Shown in pieces: positions 28,102-37,231 of a stretch of 64,000 bases of DNA. The DNA is from Candidatus Latescibacterota bacterium (GTDB lineage Bacteria; Latescibacterota; UBA2968; GCA-2709665), in assembly GCA_965205485.1 (NCBI GenBank), contig OZ242180.1, forward strand, positions 3,104,001-3,168,000, given 5' to 3'. The translations under genes and the position numbers were made by a program. The notes under the pieces were generated by a model. It searched no databases, had not been told where the DNA came from, and was given only the letters and a program-made list of their open reading frames with translations. Every line of letters starts with the position of its first letter. The first letter of the stretch is position 1.

Positions 28102-29334
28102 ATGATGCGAAAGAACCTGAGGATGGGCGCCGCGAAGGTCGACGTGACGCCGCCGGTCGGACTGTCCATGGCCGGGTACGCGGGTCGCACGAGCCCGGCC
28201 ATCGGTGTCCATCTGCCGCTTTGGGCCAGGGCTTTTGTGTTCGAACAGGGTTCGATGCGGGTCGCGCTCGTCGTTGTGGACACAGTTGGATTCAGCGAAT
28301 ACGCGACGGAGCAGATGAGGGAAGCGATCCTGGAACGAACGGGAATTGCAGCCGACGGCATTCTCGTTGCGACGACACACACCCACTCGGGACCGGTAAC
28401 CACCCGGTTCCGCCACGACGCACCCCACCCGTCGTATATGGCGGACCTGAAGGAACGGATCGTCGATGCGGTGATCAGAGCATCAGGTGATCTGAAGCCG
28501 GTAACGATCGGCTTCGCGCAGACGCGAGAACCCGGTTTTCACCACAATCGGCGCAAGGACGGTCAACCGATCGATTCCACACTCGGGCTGGTGCGCTTTG
28601 CGGGAGAGGACGGACGAGTCGTGGCGGTGTGGGTGAACTACGGCTGCCATCCGACCATCCTGACCGGGAAAAATCTCTATTGGTCCCCTGACTTTCCCGG
28701 TGTGGTCTGCAATGTACTGGAAGAAGCGTGGGGTGGAACGGCTGCTTTTTTCAACGGTTGCCTGGGGGACGTGGGGCCGTACCGGCCGGAGCAGAATTTC
28801 GCCGAGGTGCAGAAAGTGGGCGGCGGGTTGGCGGGTTCGGTGCTGGAATTGGCCGGGAACGTCACACAGACGGACGTGCCTCGTCTCGACGCGCGTCGGC
28901 TCCGTTGCACGTGTCTGCTGGATACACTGCCGACAAGCGCGGATCTGACGGAACAGTTGGCGGGCTCGAGACCTGATTCGTACCAGGCCGGCTGGGCACG
29001 GGAACAGCTGGCGATGCGAGCGGCAGGTGATGCGGTACCCAACGCGGTGCAGCTGGAGGTGCAGGGGTTTCGGATCGGGGATGTCTTCCTGGCGTGTTTT
29101 CCAGGACAGCTGTTCGGTTCGTGGGGGCTCGAACTCAGGCGACGTTGGCCCGACGATCGGTTGTTTATCGTGAATCAGGCGAACGCGCATGCCGGCTATT
29201 TCCCGTCGAAGGAGGCGTGGGATGGAGGCGGTTACGAGGTCCGTTCGGCGTTCATGTTCAATTCCGATCTGCCCGCCCCGATGACGTGGGAGGCCGGGCA
29301 GCGACTGATTGATACGGCGCTTATCCTGGTGTAG
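28102..29334 (+). CDS. Neutral/alkaline ceramidase N-terminal-domain family hydrolase
   Basis: VDVTPP..MAGY, THTHSGP, NRR, NYGCHP, DFPG, GCLGD, GY.P...GGYE. Confidence 0.8.
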   Translation: MMRKNLRMGAAKVDVTPPVGLSMAGYAGRTSPAIGVHLPLWARAFVFEQGSMRVALVVVDTVGFSEYATEQMREAILERTGIAADGILVATTHTHSGPVTTRFRHDAPHPSYMADLKERIVDAVIRASGDLKPVTIGFAQTREPGFHHNRRKDGQPIDSTLGLVRFAGEDGRVVAVWVNYGCHPTILTGKNLYWSPDFPGVVCNVLEEAWGGTAAFFNGCLGDVGPYRPEQNFAEVQKVGGGLAGSVLELAGNVTQTDVPRLDARRLRCTCLLDTLPTSADLTEQLAGSRPDSYQAGWAREQLAMRAAGDAVPNAVQLEVQGFRIGDVFLACFPGQLFGSWGLELRRRWPDDRLFIVNQANAHAGYFPSKEAWDGGGYEVRSAFMFNSDLPAPMTWEAGQRLIDTALILV

Positions 29335-29393
29335 AGCGATCCGAACACAGGTCCGGGTAGTACTCACCCGGAATACATTTCGAATACGACAGC

Positions 29394-29427
29394 AAAAAGG
29401 CTTCGGGAAGAACCCGGAGCCTTTTTT
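29394..29427. terminator. Bidirectional terminator
   Basis: AAAAAGGCTTCGGG-loop-CCCGGAGCCTTTTTT between convergent genes. Confidence 0.8.
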
Positions 29428-29455
29428 GTCTTCGACCGTAAAATGCCCTGTTTCG

Positions 29456-29875
29456 TCATTTGGGCTTGATTTTTCGCGACTCAGGCCGGATTGAATCCAT
29501 GACGTATTGGACGGCCGGCGTCTTGAGTATACGCAGCTTGTAGTCGATGTTGGGGTCTGGTCGGGCGATGGGCATGTTGAACGCGAAACCGGCGCCGGGG
29601 TTGACGATGGGCATGTTATCCAGAGGCGACCTCTGTAACAACAGGCGCTCAAGCGCGATTGTAGTCATTGTGCGTTCCTTCTCAAGATCCCGTTTTCGAT
29701 TAAGCCTCTGTCGCAGCCCCTTCAGCATTTTCTCACCGGATGAACCTTCCGCGCGTTTCGACAGCTGTCTCTTCAGTGCATCGGCGGGCGCGGGAGGATC
29801 CCCTCCCGCAGGACTCGCGTTAAAAAGCACAAGGGCGAGAACCGGAAGAGCGCGAAAGAATGTGCCTGGCAACAT
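29456..29875 (-). CDS. Hypothetical secreted protein
   Basis: GGAGG RBS, signal peptide MLPGTFFRALPVLALVLFNASPA; repeated NMPI motif. Confidence 0.55.
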   Translation of the reverse strand: MLPGTFFRALPVLALVLFNASPAGGDPPAPADALKRQLSKRAEGSSGEKMLKGLRQRLNRKRDLEKERTMTTIALERLLLQRSPLDNMPIVNPGAGFAFNMPIARPDPNIDYKLRILKTPAVQYVMDSIRPESRKIKPK

Positions 29876-30014
29876 CGAGGCCTCCTGCCGGAAATGAAGG
29901 ACGACAAAGGGATGTAACTCTGAAACGCTTCCGTCCGTTCGAAGTTCCCGGATACGGCGGTTCGAACCACGCGACGTTCCGCTGTGGGTTGCACCCCGCC
30001 ACCTGTTCCCGTGT

Positions 30015-32798
30015 TCAGCATGTATCCAGCCAGGCCATCCACGACTTGCCGTCGCGGATATCGTGACCCCGGTCGCCGCGACGTGTGACCAGAACCGGTT
30101 GTCTTCCGGACTCCGCGAGCCCGACAACCGGATAGGCCCGGATCGTATTTCCGGCTTCGGTTACGAAGATGTGTCTACCCACCAGCTGGCGCAGCTGGCT
30201 CTTCTGGCCATCGGTCACCAGGCCGGATTCACTCTCGTCAACACGGGTCTCCAGGACGGGACCGGACAGTGCCGCGAGGTCTTGCTCGAGGGAGATTTCG
30301 CCTTGTTGAAGACATGTGCCTCCCACCAGCCAGGCGTCTTCACCCGAGACGAAGCCGAACCGGCCATTGAAGTTCAGTTGCAGTTCGTCCTGTTGGATAA
30401 CTTCCGGCGTCTGTCCGCATCCGGCGCTGATTAATGTGTCTCTCCCCGTGTTCGTGGTGACCTCAACGACCGTGCCGAGGGTCGTCTGGTCCAGGTAGGA
30501 TACGCGGGCGGACCTCACGGCGTCACCAACGGAATATACCGTAACGAAGGTACTGGCGCCGTCGTCTCTTCGGCGCACGATGTAAGGTATGGTTGCGCCG
30601 ATGTCGCGGGCTTTGCGCTGTCCGAAACCCTCGCCGACAAGAACCCATTCCGATTCGCACGCCGGGAAGTGTACGCGGAAGGGCGCCCCGTTGCCGGGCG
30701 TCCACGCCGCGGACCATGGGGATACGGATTGACCGTGACGTGTCTGCGTGAGATCGTAAATCTCTTCGTCCGTCGGGCAGGTCCGTAAACCGGAGATCGC
30801 GAGGGTACGGTCAGGTCCGTGCATGACCCAGTCGTGCCGGCCGCCGCCCCGGACGCGGAAGATATCCACGACGTATTCGCGCTGTCCGCTGCCGACGATG
30901 GCGATCGTTCGGCGGTAGACCGAAGTGTTCGGATAGACGTTGGAAGCAGCCTCCATCACCTTCGCGTGCGCACAAGCCGAAAAGAGTTGAAAGGTTGCCC
31001 GGCGGCCGCGCGTTGCCTGCTCATCACCGTCAACCAGCACCAGATTGTGCGCGAGGGTACGGTTGACTCCGTAACGGAGGTCTTCCATATCCCACAGATA
31101 GCCGAGATCGGTGAGCAGCTCACGACCTTCCTTCCAGTAGTAGAGATTGAGGTGGTCGTGGTGATGGTGGCCTTTGAAGTCCGCGCCGTACAGGATGACG
31201 GCGCTGCCGTTCCCCCGGTGTCCCGTGCGCAGGGTTCCGATATTCAGGTGGGGCCCGAGATCGTCGGTGAACCGGGGCGGCTGTTCAGGCGGTGCGGCAG
31301 GCTGCCGGTAGAAGGCGGACGCGGTGTCCAGGTTGCCGCCGTACCAGAACTGTGCGATGCGGCCGGCATAGCATCTTTCCTTTCTGGCGACGTCCCGTTG
31401 AAGCACCCGATGGTTTTCCGACGGATAATTGCGGGCAAGGACGTCTGCGAACATGGACGAAAGGTGACAGGGGTGCCGGTTGTCGGCCAAGAGGGGATAG
31501 TTCAGGTCCGGCAGAAGAGGACGGGCCATATTCTGCCAGACCGCCCGGTAGCGCGGCCATCTGTAGAGGTCGATGCGGTCCAGCCGCGCCGGCGGAAGTT
31601 CCACGCCATCCGGATCCGAATAGCGCTTGAGGGCTTCGGCGATGCGCCAGATACCGGATAACATCATGCCCGCGTATCCGATGGACTCAGGCGTTCCACC
31701 GTCGGGCAGCCACCAGTCCCGCACGGCCCTCACAAAGCCGTCGAGGCCGAAACGGGTCAGCAGGGGGTCGCCGCAGACGATACCAATCAGGCCGACGGCG
31801 CAACGGTTCATACCGGTCTTGTTGTTGATAACGTCGTCAGAGAAGAGCATCACGGCCGCGTCGAGGAACAGGTCGTGCTCGATATGCCGTTTTTCCGCGT
31901 CTGAGAGGGTTTCGGCCACCAGGTCGTAGGCAAGGATAAGTTTCTGCAGCGAGGTGCCTTCCATTCCTCCGGAGGAGCCCCAGCGCAGTACGGCCCAGTA
32001 TCCGGGATGGAGCTTTCGGTTCGGTTTGTTGCCCGGCGGACACCATTCGTCTTCGGGCAGATTATCGACCCGGGTTGCCGCGACCTTCGGATCGAAGTCC
32101 GCGATGTCGCCGTATGAGGAGTGTACAAGATACGCGGGATGGACGTCGGCAAACCGTTTCAGGATAGACGCTGCGCTCGACGCGTAGTCCCGTATTCCGG
32201 TCAGCGCGTAGGCCAGCGCCAGGTCTTCGGCCGTGTTCGCCGCGTGCCGGCACTGGTGTATGCGGGCATGCCCGGAAAAGCTGGAGTGGATGGCCGCGTA
32301 TCCGTATGCCTGCCACGACTTCCCGCCATATAGTGTGACATTCTGCCCGGGGTCGAAGCGGCTGGCGAAGACCACGTCTTCCGGATATTCGTCGTTTGGA
32401 TATACGGTGCGGCAACCCTTGCAGCGGATGTGCTCCGGATCGTCCGGATACCAGTCGTAGGCGCCGTGCATTGGCGCGAACTCGCACTTCGGACACATGG
32501 TAAAATGGGGCGAGAAAGGGGTCGTCGACGGCACATAGGTACGCACCCACTCCCCGGAAACCGTCCCCGCAGATTCGACTCTAACCAGAAGGGTCTCCAG
32601 CGCCTTTCGTGCCCACGTGTGGTCGGAGACGTTTTCCCTGGCGCGGTCGATATCGCTCCGTGAGAAGATGGTCGCGGGATGCTCGACGTGAGACCGGTAT
32701 CGTTCCCATCGGCCGGGGTCCAGCATCTCCGCGATATCGAATTCACCATGCCAGGTTTCCAGCCAGGGATACATTGTCCACGAATCTCCCGGTTCCAA
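30015..32798 (-). CDS. Heparinase II/III-like polysaccharide lyase family protein (start may be 32774)
   Basis: DGGTPESIGY, GHHHHDHLN, TDLGY, TLAHNLVLVDG, VDIFRVRGG; N-terminal CxxC pairs. Confidence 0.75.
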   Translation of the reverse strand: MEPGDSWTMYPWLETWHGEFDIAEMLDPGRWERYRSHVEHPATIFSRSDIDRARENVSDHTWARKALETLLVRVESAGTVSGEWVRTYVPSTTPFSPHFTMCPKCEFAPMHGAYDWYPDDPEHIRCKGCRTVYPNDEYPEDVVFASRFDPGQNVTLYGGKSWQAYGYAAIHSSFSGHARIHQCRHAANTAEDLALAYALTGIRDYASSAASILKRFADVHPAYLVHSSYGDIADFDPKVAATRVDNLPEDEWCPPGNKPNRKLHPGYWAVLRWGSSGGMEGTSLQKLILAYDLVAETLSDAEKRHIEHDLFLDAAVMLFSDDVINNKTGMNRCAVGLIGIVCGDPLLTRFGLDGFVRAVRDWWLPDGGTPESIGYAGMMLSGIWRIAEALKRYSDPDGVELPPARLDRIDLYRWPRYRAVWQNMARPLLPDLNYPLLADNRHPCHLSSMFADVLARNYPSENHRVLQRDVARKERCYAGRIAQFWYGGNLDTASAFYRQPAAPPEQPPRFTDDLGPHLNIGTLRTGHRGNGSAVILYGADFKGHHHHDHLNLYYWKEGRELLTDLGYLWDMEDLRYGVNRTLAHNLVLVDGDEQATRGRRATFQLFSACAHAKVMEAASNVYPNTSVYRRTIAIVGSGQREYVVDIFRVRGGGRHDWVMHGPDRTLAISGLRTCPTDEEIYDLTQTRHGQSVSPWSAAWTPGNGAPFRVHFPACESEWVLVGEGFGQRKARDIGATIPYIVRRRDDGASTFVTVYSVGDAVRSARVSYLDQTTLGTVVEVTTNTGRDTLISAGCGQTPEVIQQDELQLNFNGRFGFVSGEDAWLVGGTCLQQGEISLEQDLAALSGPVLETRVDESESGLVTDGQKSQLRQLVGRHIFVTEAGNTIRAYPVVGLAESGRQPVLVTRRGDRGHDIRDGKSWMAWLDTC

Positions 32799-32886
32799 AT
32801 GCAGAGGATTGAATAGCGCCGTTTTGCAGGTGCTGACGACTCAGCTTCCCGGGTTCGGCGGCGGGAAAATTACGCGATGTTCGACG

Positions 32887-34584
32887 TTACGTCCGGCCGG
32901 CATCTGGTCTGAACCGGATTCCGGGGCGCGCCGGTCCGCCTGCTACGGCAACTGGGGACCCGTCGGCGCGCCAGCACGCGGCGCCCGAGATAGTCCCGGT
33001 GGTGTGATCGTAGGTGACGCCGTTCATCCCTCCGGCAACGGTGTTGACTTCGCGTACGTCGTGACCGCGGGCGGTGAGCCGGGTTCTTACCTCGCGGGGA
33101 ATGACGGGTTCGATTTCCAGCTCCTGGCCCTGGGTCCATACCCTGGGAGCTTCAACCGCTTCCTGCAGGGTCATTCCGTGGTCGACAAGGTTGACGATAG
33201 CCTGCAGTACGGCGGGAAAGATGCGTACGCCGCCGGGGGTGCCCAACGCGAAACAGGGCTCGCCGTTTCTGGTTGCAATGGTGGGCGCGTTGCTGCTGAG
33301 CATACGCCGGTTGGGTCCGACCGAGTTGGCCGTACCTGGGTGAGGGTCGAAGAGGGCCATATTGTTGTTCAGGAACAGGCCGGTTCCCGGGGCAATGGCC
33401 TTGCAGCCGAATGCTTCATTGATGGTCTGGGTCATGGAGGCCACATTGCCGGCCGCGTCCGCGGCGGTCACATGGGTGGTACACGCGGATTCGGCTGAGG
33501 GCGGAATGCCCGCGTCGACACGGGCCGCTACCGCCAGGTTGATCTCCTCGCGTCGCTGAGCTCCATAGGTTTTCGATGTAAGCCACTCGACCGGCACTTC
33601 GACATGTCGGGGGTCGCCCATGTGTTTCGTTCGATCGGCAAAGGCGATCTTGAAGCATTCGGCCAGGACGTGGATGCTTTCCGCTGTCCCGAATCCGAGA
33701 TCCGCGACGTCGAATCCCTCCATCAGATTGAGGATCTGAAGCAGGTGTACGCCGCCGGAGCAGGGAGGCGACGGCACAGAGAGTTCGTATCCACGGTAGG
33801 TTCCTCTGACCGCGCTGCGCCGCACGGCGCGATAGGCGGCCAGATCTTCCATGGTAAGGACGCCGCCGCTTTCCTGGATGTGACCGACGATTCTCTTTCC
33901 AAGCGGGCCGCAATAGAGTACGTCGGGACCTCCATCGGCGATGTCCCGCAGGGACGCGGCGAGATCGGGCTGAACAAGCCGGGTGCCCGGCGCAATGGGC
34001 CGCCCTTTGGGCAGAAAAATGCGGGCTGTTTCGGGGAATTGGCTTAGATGCCGCTCATTCTGCGCCACGGATTCGGCCAGATACCCGGTGGCGGGAAATC
34101 CGTTCTCGGCAACCTGGATCGCGGGCTGAATGGCGGTCTTCAGGTCCAGTTCGCCCCAGCGCCGGAGCGCCTCGCACCATCCCTTCAGCGCGCCGGGAAC
34201 TCCGATGGCCAGCGGGCCGATTTTGTTGGCGTCGTTTTCGGCCCGCATGTAGTCCGGCCACGTGTCGGAAACGGGCGCATACATGCCCGGCTTTGCCGCG
34301 GCAGGGGCGCAGGCATACGTGTCCAGAATGACGGGCGTGCCGTCGGCGAGGCGGATGTTGATCCAGCCCGCGCCGAAGAGGCCTACCATTTGTGGCTCGA
34401 CGACGTTGAGGGCGAAGAGCGCGGCCACCGCGGCGTCGATGGCGTTCCCGCCCAGAGCAAACATCTGTGCGCCCGCGGCGGAGCCAATCGGATGATTGGC
34501 GGCAACCACGCCGCGCGATCCGGCTGCCGGCTGCTTCCGGGGCTCAAAGGGTGCGGCGGCTCTGTTGCGCCAGTTTGAGGGCAT
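32887..34584 (-). CDS. ggt: Gamma-glutamyltransferase family protein
   Basis: GGNAIDAAVA, VVEP, GVPG, TTHV nucleophile, FLNN, RMLSS, GTPGG. Confidence 0.92.
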   Translation of the reverse strand: MPSNWRNRAAAPFEPRKQPAAGSRGVVAANHPIGSAAGAQMFALGGNAIDAAVAALFALNVVEPQMVGLFGAGWINIRLADGTPVILDTYACAPAAAKPGMYAPVSDTWPDYMRAENDANKIGPLAIGVPGALKGWCEALRRWGELDLKTAIQPAIQVAENGFPATGYLAESVAQNERHLSQFPETARIFLPKGRPIAPGTRLVQPDLAASLRDIADGGPDVLYCGPLGKRIVGHIQESGGVLTMEDLAAYRAVRRSAVRGTYRGYELSVPSPPCSGGVHLLQILNLMEGFDVADLGFGTAESIHVLAECFKIAFADRTKHMGDPRHVEVPVEWLTSKTYGAQRREEINLAVAARVDAGIPPSAESACTTHVTAADAAGNVASMTQTINEAFGCKAIAPGTGLFLNNNMALFDPHPGTANSVGPNRRMLSSNAPTIATRNGEPCFALGTPGGVRIFPAVLQAIVNLVDHGMTLQEAVEAPRVWTQGQELEIEPVIPREVRTRLTARGHDVREVNTVAGGMNGVTYDHTTGTISGAACWRADGSPVAVAGGPARPGIRFRPDAGRT

Positions 34585-34663
34585 GTCGATGGTGCAGTCA
34601 GGAGTTAACGGCTATCGGGATGGGTGTTCTCACGGGCACTTCGGAGTCCGGGCTGGAGAAGTG

Positions 34664-35998
34664 TCAGGCCTGGAGTTGACGGGCCAGCGACAGAAAGGTC
34701 TGCCGGGCCGACGCGTTGAGTCCTTCGGCGAAGGGACCCGGACCGGTGGTGGTGTATGTGTTGGCGCGGTCGACTTCGTACCCTCCTTCGGGCAGAAGTT
34801 CGTCGGTAGGAAGATAACCGCGTCCTTCCTGGCAGTAGCCCCACGCGATCAGGTTCGGGTCGTTCAGCCATGCTCTCACGAGGCCAAGCCATTCGGCAAG
34901 GACCTCTCCCGCGATCCAGGCGATCCGGCGCTCCTCTGCAAGGCGTATCAGACCCACGGGCCAGGGTACCGCCTTCACCGGTGGAATACCGCTTTCGAGC
35001 CGCTCGACCCAGTAGCCGCCAAGATTCCGGCTGAGTTCGTCGTCCGAAGTAGACAGCGATCGCCAGTGGTCCGCGGGGGGTATTCTTCTCTGGTCCCGCG
35101 GGGCGAGGAATCGACCCTGAGCGGCGGCGATATCCAGATCCAACCTCGTGCCTGCGCTACGAAGCGACCGGACAACGTCGCCCGCGAGTTCCGTTCCCGC
35201 GGTCACCGGGTCGGCGGGCGTCGACTTACGGAATCTGCCATGGGTCAGATCAGCCAGGACACGGGGTCTGATGTTCCCTGCGAGGCCCTGGATGAACTGA
35301 CAATGCACGTTTGTGCCGAGTTCGGATCGAAGCGTATTGCGGCAGACACCCGGAAAGTCGGCAGAGATGCCGTCCCACGCGTATCCGTAGACGATGACCG
35401 GGTGACATCCGTAGCTGAAAATTACGCACCGGTCGCCGCCGTCCAGCGCGGAAACGTCGATCAGCCACAGGTCCGGGTTGTGCGCCCCGTCCGGATCCGG
35501 ACCCATTCCCGTCTCTCCGGACGGGCCCTTTCTTCGGCGGTTGATACCTACCTTCGACGCGCCCCGGTGTTCGGTCACCGTAACCGGTTGCAGGTTTTCC
35601 ACTGCCGCGAGCGCGACGTGGATGATGTTTCGGCACAGGGACTCGTCGTACGCGTGGAGTTCGGGCGGTTTGGACAGGGGGGTGGCGTAGCCCTCGAAGC
35701 CGCCCATAGGGCCGCTGTGGGTGTGGGAATAATTCAGGATTACGGCTTCGATGGGAATGCCGGTGAGTGCGGAGAGGTCATATCTGAGAGGTTCAGCGAT
35801 CACCGGCGACAGCCCCACGAGGTCCACGGAGATCCAGAGTGTCCGGTTGCCCCTGGAATCTTCCATTACAATGGCCTGTGCAATGAGGGGATCCAGGATT
35901 TCTCTTCCGGGTGTGAAGCGGGGACCGCGCCCTCCCATGGGCAATCCGAGCGGCGGGGTGGTTTCTATCTCCGCCCAACCGGCTCTGGCGGTTGTCAT
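34664..35998 (-). CDS. Neutral ceramidase N-terminal-domain family hydrolase (paralog of 28102)
   Basis: TTPP..MGG, SHTHSGP, INRR, YGCHP, DFPG, GYLP..EGGYE. Confidence 0.78.
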   Translation of the reverse strand: MTTARAGWAEIETTPPLGLPMGGRGPRFTPGREILDPLIAQAIVMEDSRGNRTLWISVDLVGLSPVIAEPLRYDLSALTGIPIEAVILNYSHTHSGPMGGFEGYATPLSKPPELHAYDESLCRNIIHVALAAVENLQPVTVTEHRGASKVGINRRRKGPSGETGMGPDPDGAHNPDLWLIDVSALDGGDRCVIFSYGCHPVIVYGYAWDGISADFPGVCRNTLRSELGTNVHCQFIQGLAGNIRPRVLADLTHGRFRKSTPADPVTAGTELAGDVVRSLRSAGTRLDLDIAAAQGRFLAPRDQRRIPPADHWRSLSTSDDELSRNLGGYWVERLESGIPPVKAVPWPVGLIRLAEERRIAWIAGEVLAEWLGLVRAWLNDPNLIAWGYCQEGRGYLPTDELLPEGGYEVDRANTYTTTGPGPFAEGLNASARQTFLSLARQLQA

Positions 35999-36047
35999 AG
36001 CGTACTCCGTGGGTCTGCTGGTCAGTTGCGGAATTCGCAGGTCGGCT

Positions 36048-37142
36048 TCAGGCTATGCGGTACCGTTTGACTTTGTCGTGGTCCAGGCTTACCCCCAATC
36101 CGGGTCCGGGGGGCGGCAGAAGGTGACCGTCCTCGATGCGAAGGGTTTCGACGATGACGTCGTCCGCGTGATAGACAAAGCCGTTTACGTCGCTGGCATA
36201 ACCCAGGTTTCGCATGGCAAACGCGAGGTGGGCCTGTGCGGAAGTCCCAACGCCGAGCTCAGGCATGCTGCCGATGATGCAGGGCAGGCGGGCTGCTTCG
36301 GCAATGGCGAAGATCTGCGCAGCGGGAAAGATGCCCCCGGCTTCGGCCACGTAAACATTGAAGACGTCCACCGCACCGGCCTTGATGCAGACCATGGCGT
36401 CTGTCGGCGTCCAGACACTCTCGTCGGCCATAATGGGCGTATCCACGTGATCCCTGATGTGCCGGAGGCCCTCCAGATCGCTGAAGTGAAGGGGTTGTTC
36501 CACCAGTTCGAGCCGGTAGGGTTCGAGGGATTTGATGTTGCGCACGGCCTCCTTGGCATTGCGCCAGCCCATGTTGGCGTCCACGCGCAGTACGACGTCG
36601 TTCCCCACACGATTACGGACGGCCTCGACGGTGGCAAGATCGGCGTCTGCATCCATGCCGATTTTTGCCTTCAACGTCTTATACCCCTGCCCGGCGAGAG
36701 AAGCCGCCTGCTCGGCGATCTGTTCCGGTTCGCCCATGGAAAGGGAGTGGCTGAGCAGAACGCGGTCCCGGACCAGGCCGCCCAGCAGATTGTAGACCGG
36801 GGTGTTCAGCGCCTTGCCGACGATGTCGTACAGGGCCATGTCCACGCCGGCCTTCGCGGGTTCGGAGCGGTGCAGCAGGCTGTTCATCAGACCGTGGATT
36901 TCCGCGATGCGGAACGGGTCCCGGCCTGACAGCGCGTCCGCCAGAAGATCATTGATGTCTTCGGCCTGACCCCGGCCCTTGCGGTCCCAGATGCTGCAGA
37001 CTTCGCCGATCCCCGTAATGCCTTCGTCGGTCCGGATTTCGACAATCGCGTTTTCCGTCTCCTGGCTGCGCCCAAGACTGCTGGTAAAAGGCTGCGGGCG
37101 CGGTACGCGGATCGGGGTGGCCTCGACGTGGGTAATCTTCAA
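36048..37142 (-). CDS. Mandelate racemase/muconate lactonizing enzyme family (MLE subgroup)
   Basis: GIGE, DMALYD..GK, KAK, VDAN, EQP, ADES, PGLG; TTG start after AAGGAG. Confidence 0.88.
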   Translation of the reverse strand: MKITHVEATPIRVPRPQPFTSSLGRSQETENAIVEIRTDEGITGIGEVCSIWDRKGRGQAEDINDLLADALSGRDPFRIAEIHGLMNSLLHRSEPAKAGVDMALYDIVGKALNTPVYNLLGGLVRDRVLLSHSLSMGEPEQIAEQAASLAGQGYKTLKAKIGMDADADLATVEAVRNRVGNDVVLRVDANMGWRNAKEAVRNIKSLEPYRLELVEQPLHFSDLEGLRHIRDHVDTPIMADESVWTPTDAMVCIKAGAVDVFNVYVAEAGGIFPAAQIFAIAEAARLPCIIGSMPELGVGTSAQAHLAFAMRNLGYASDVNGFVYHADDVIVETLRIEDGHLLPPPGPGLGVSLDHDKVKRYRIA

Positions 37143-37231
37143 TCCGTACTCCTTTCAATGGCTCGACACCGTCCGTGTCTTGCAGGTTGTTGCGGTTGCA
37201 AACGAGGTGTTCCGTCGCCGTCTTGGCGGGT

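Noticed and set aside
34496..36929. Long antisense ORFs (34496-36070, 35751-36929; similarly 1764-2870, 51118-52428, 55455-56651)
   Set aside because: Shadow frames of well-supported genes in high-GC DNA, with no recognisable motifs
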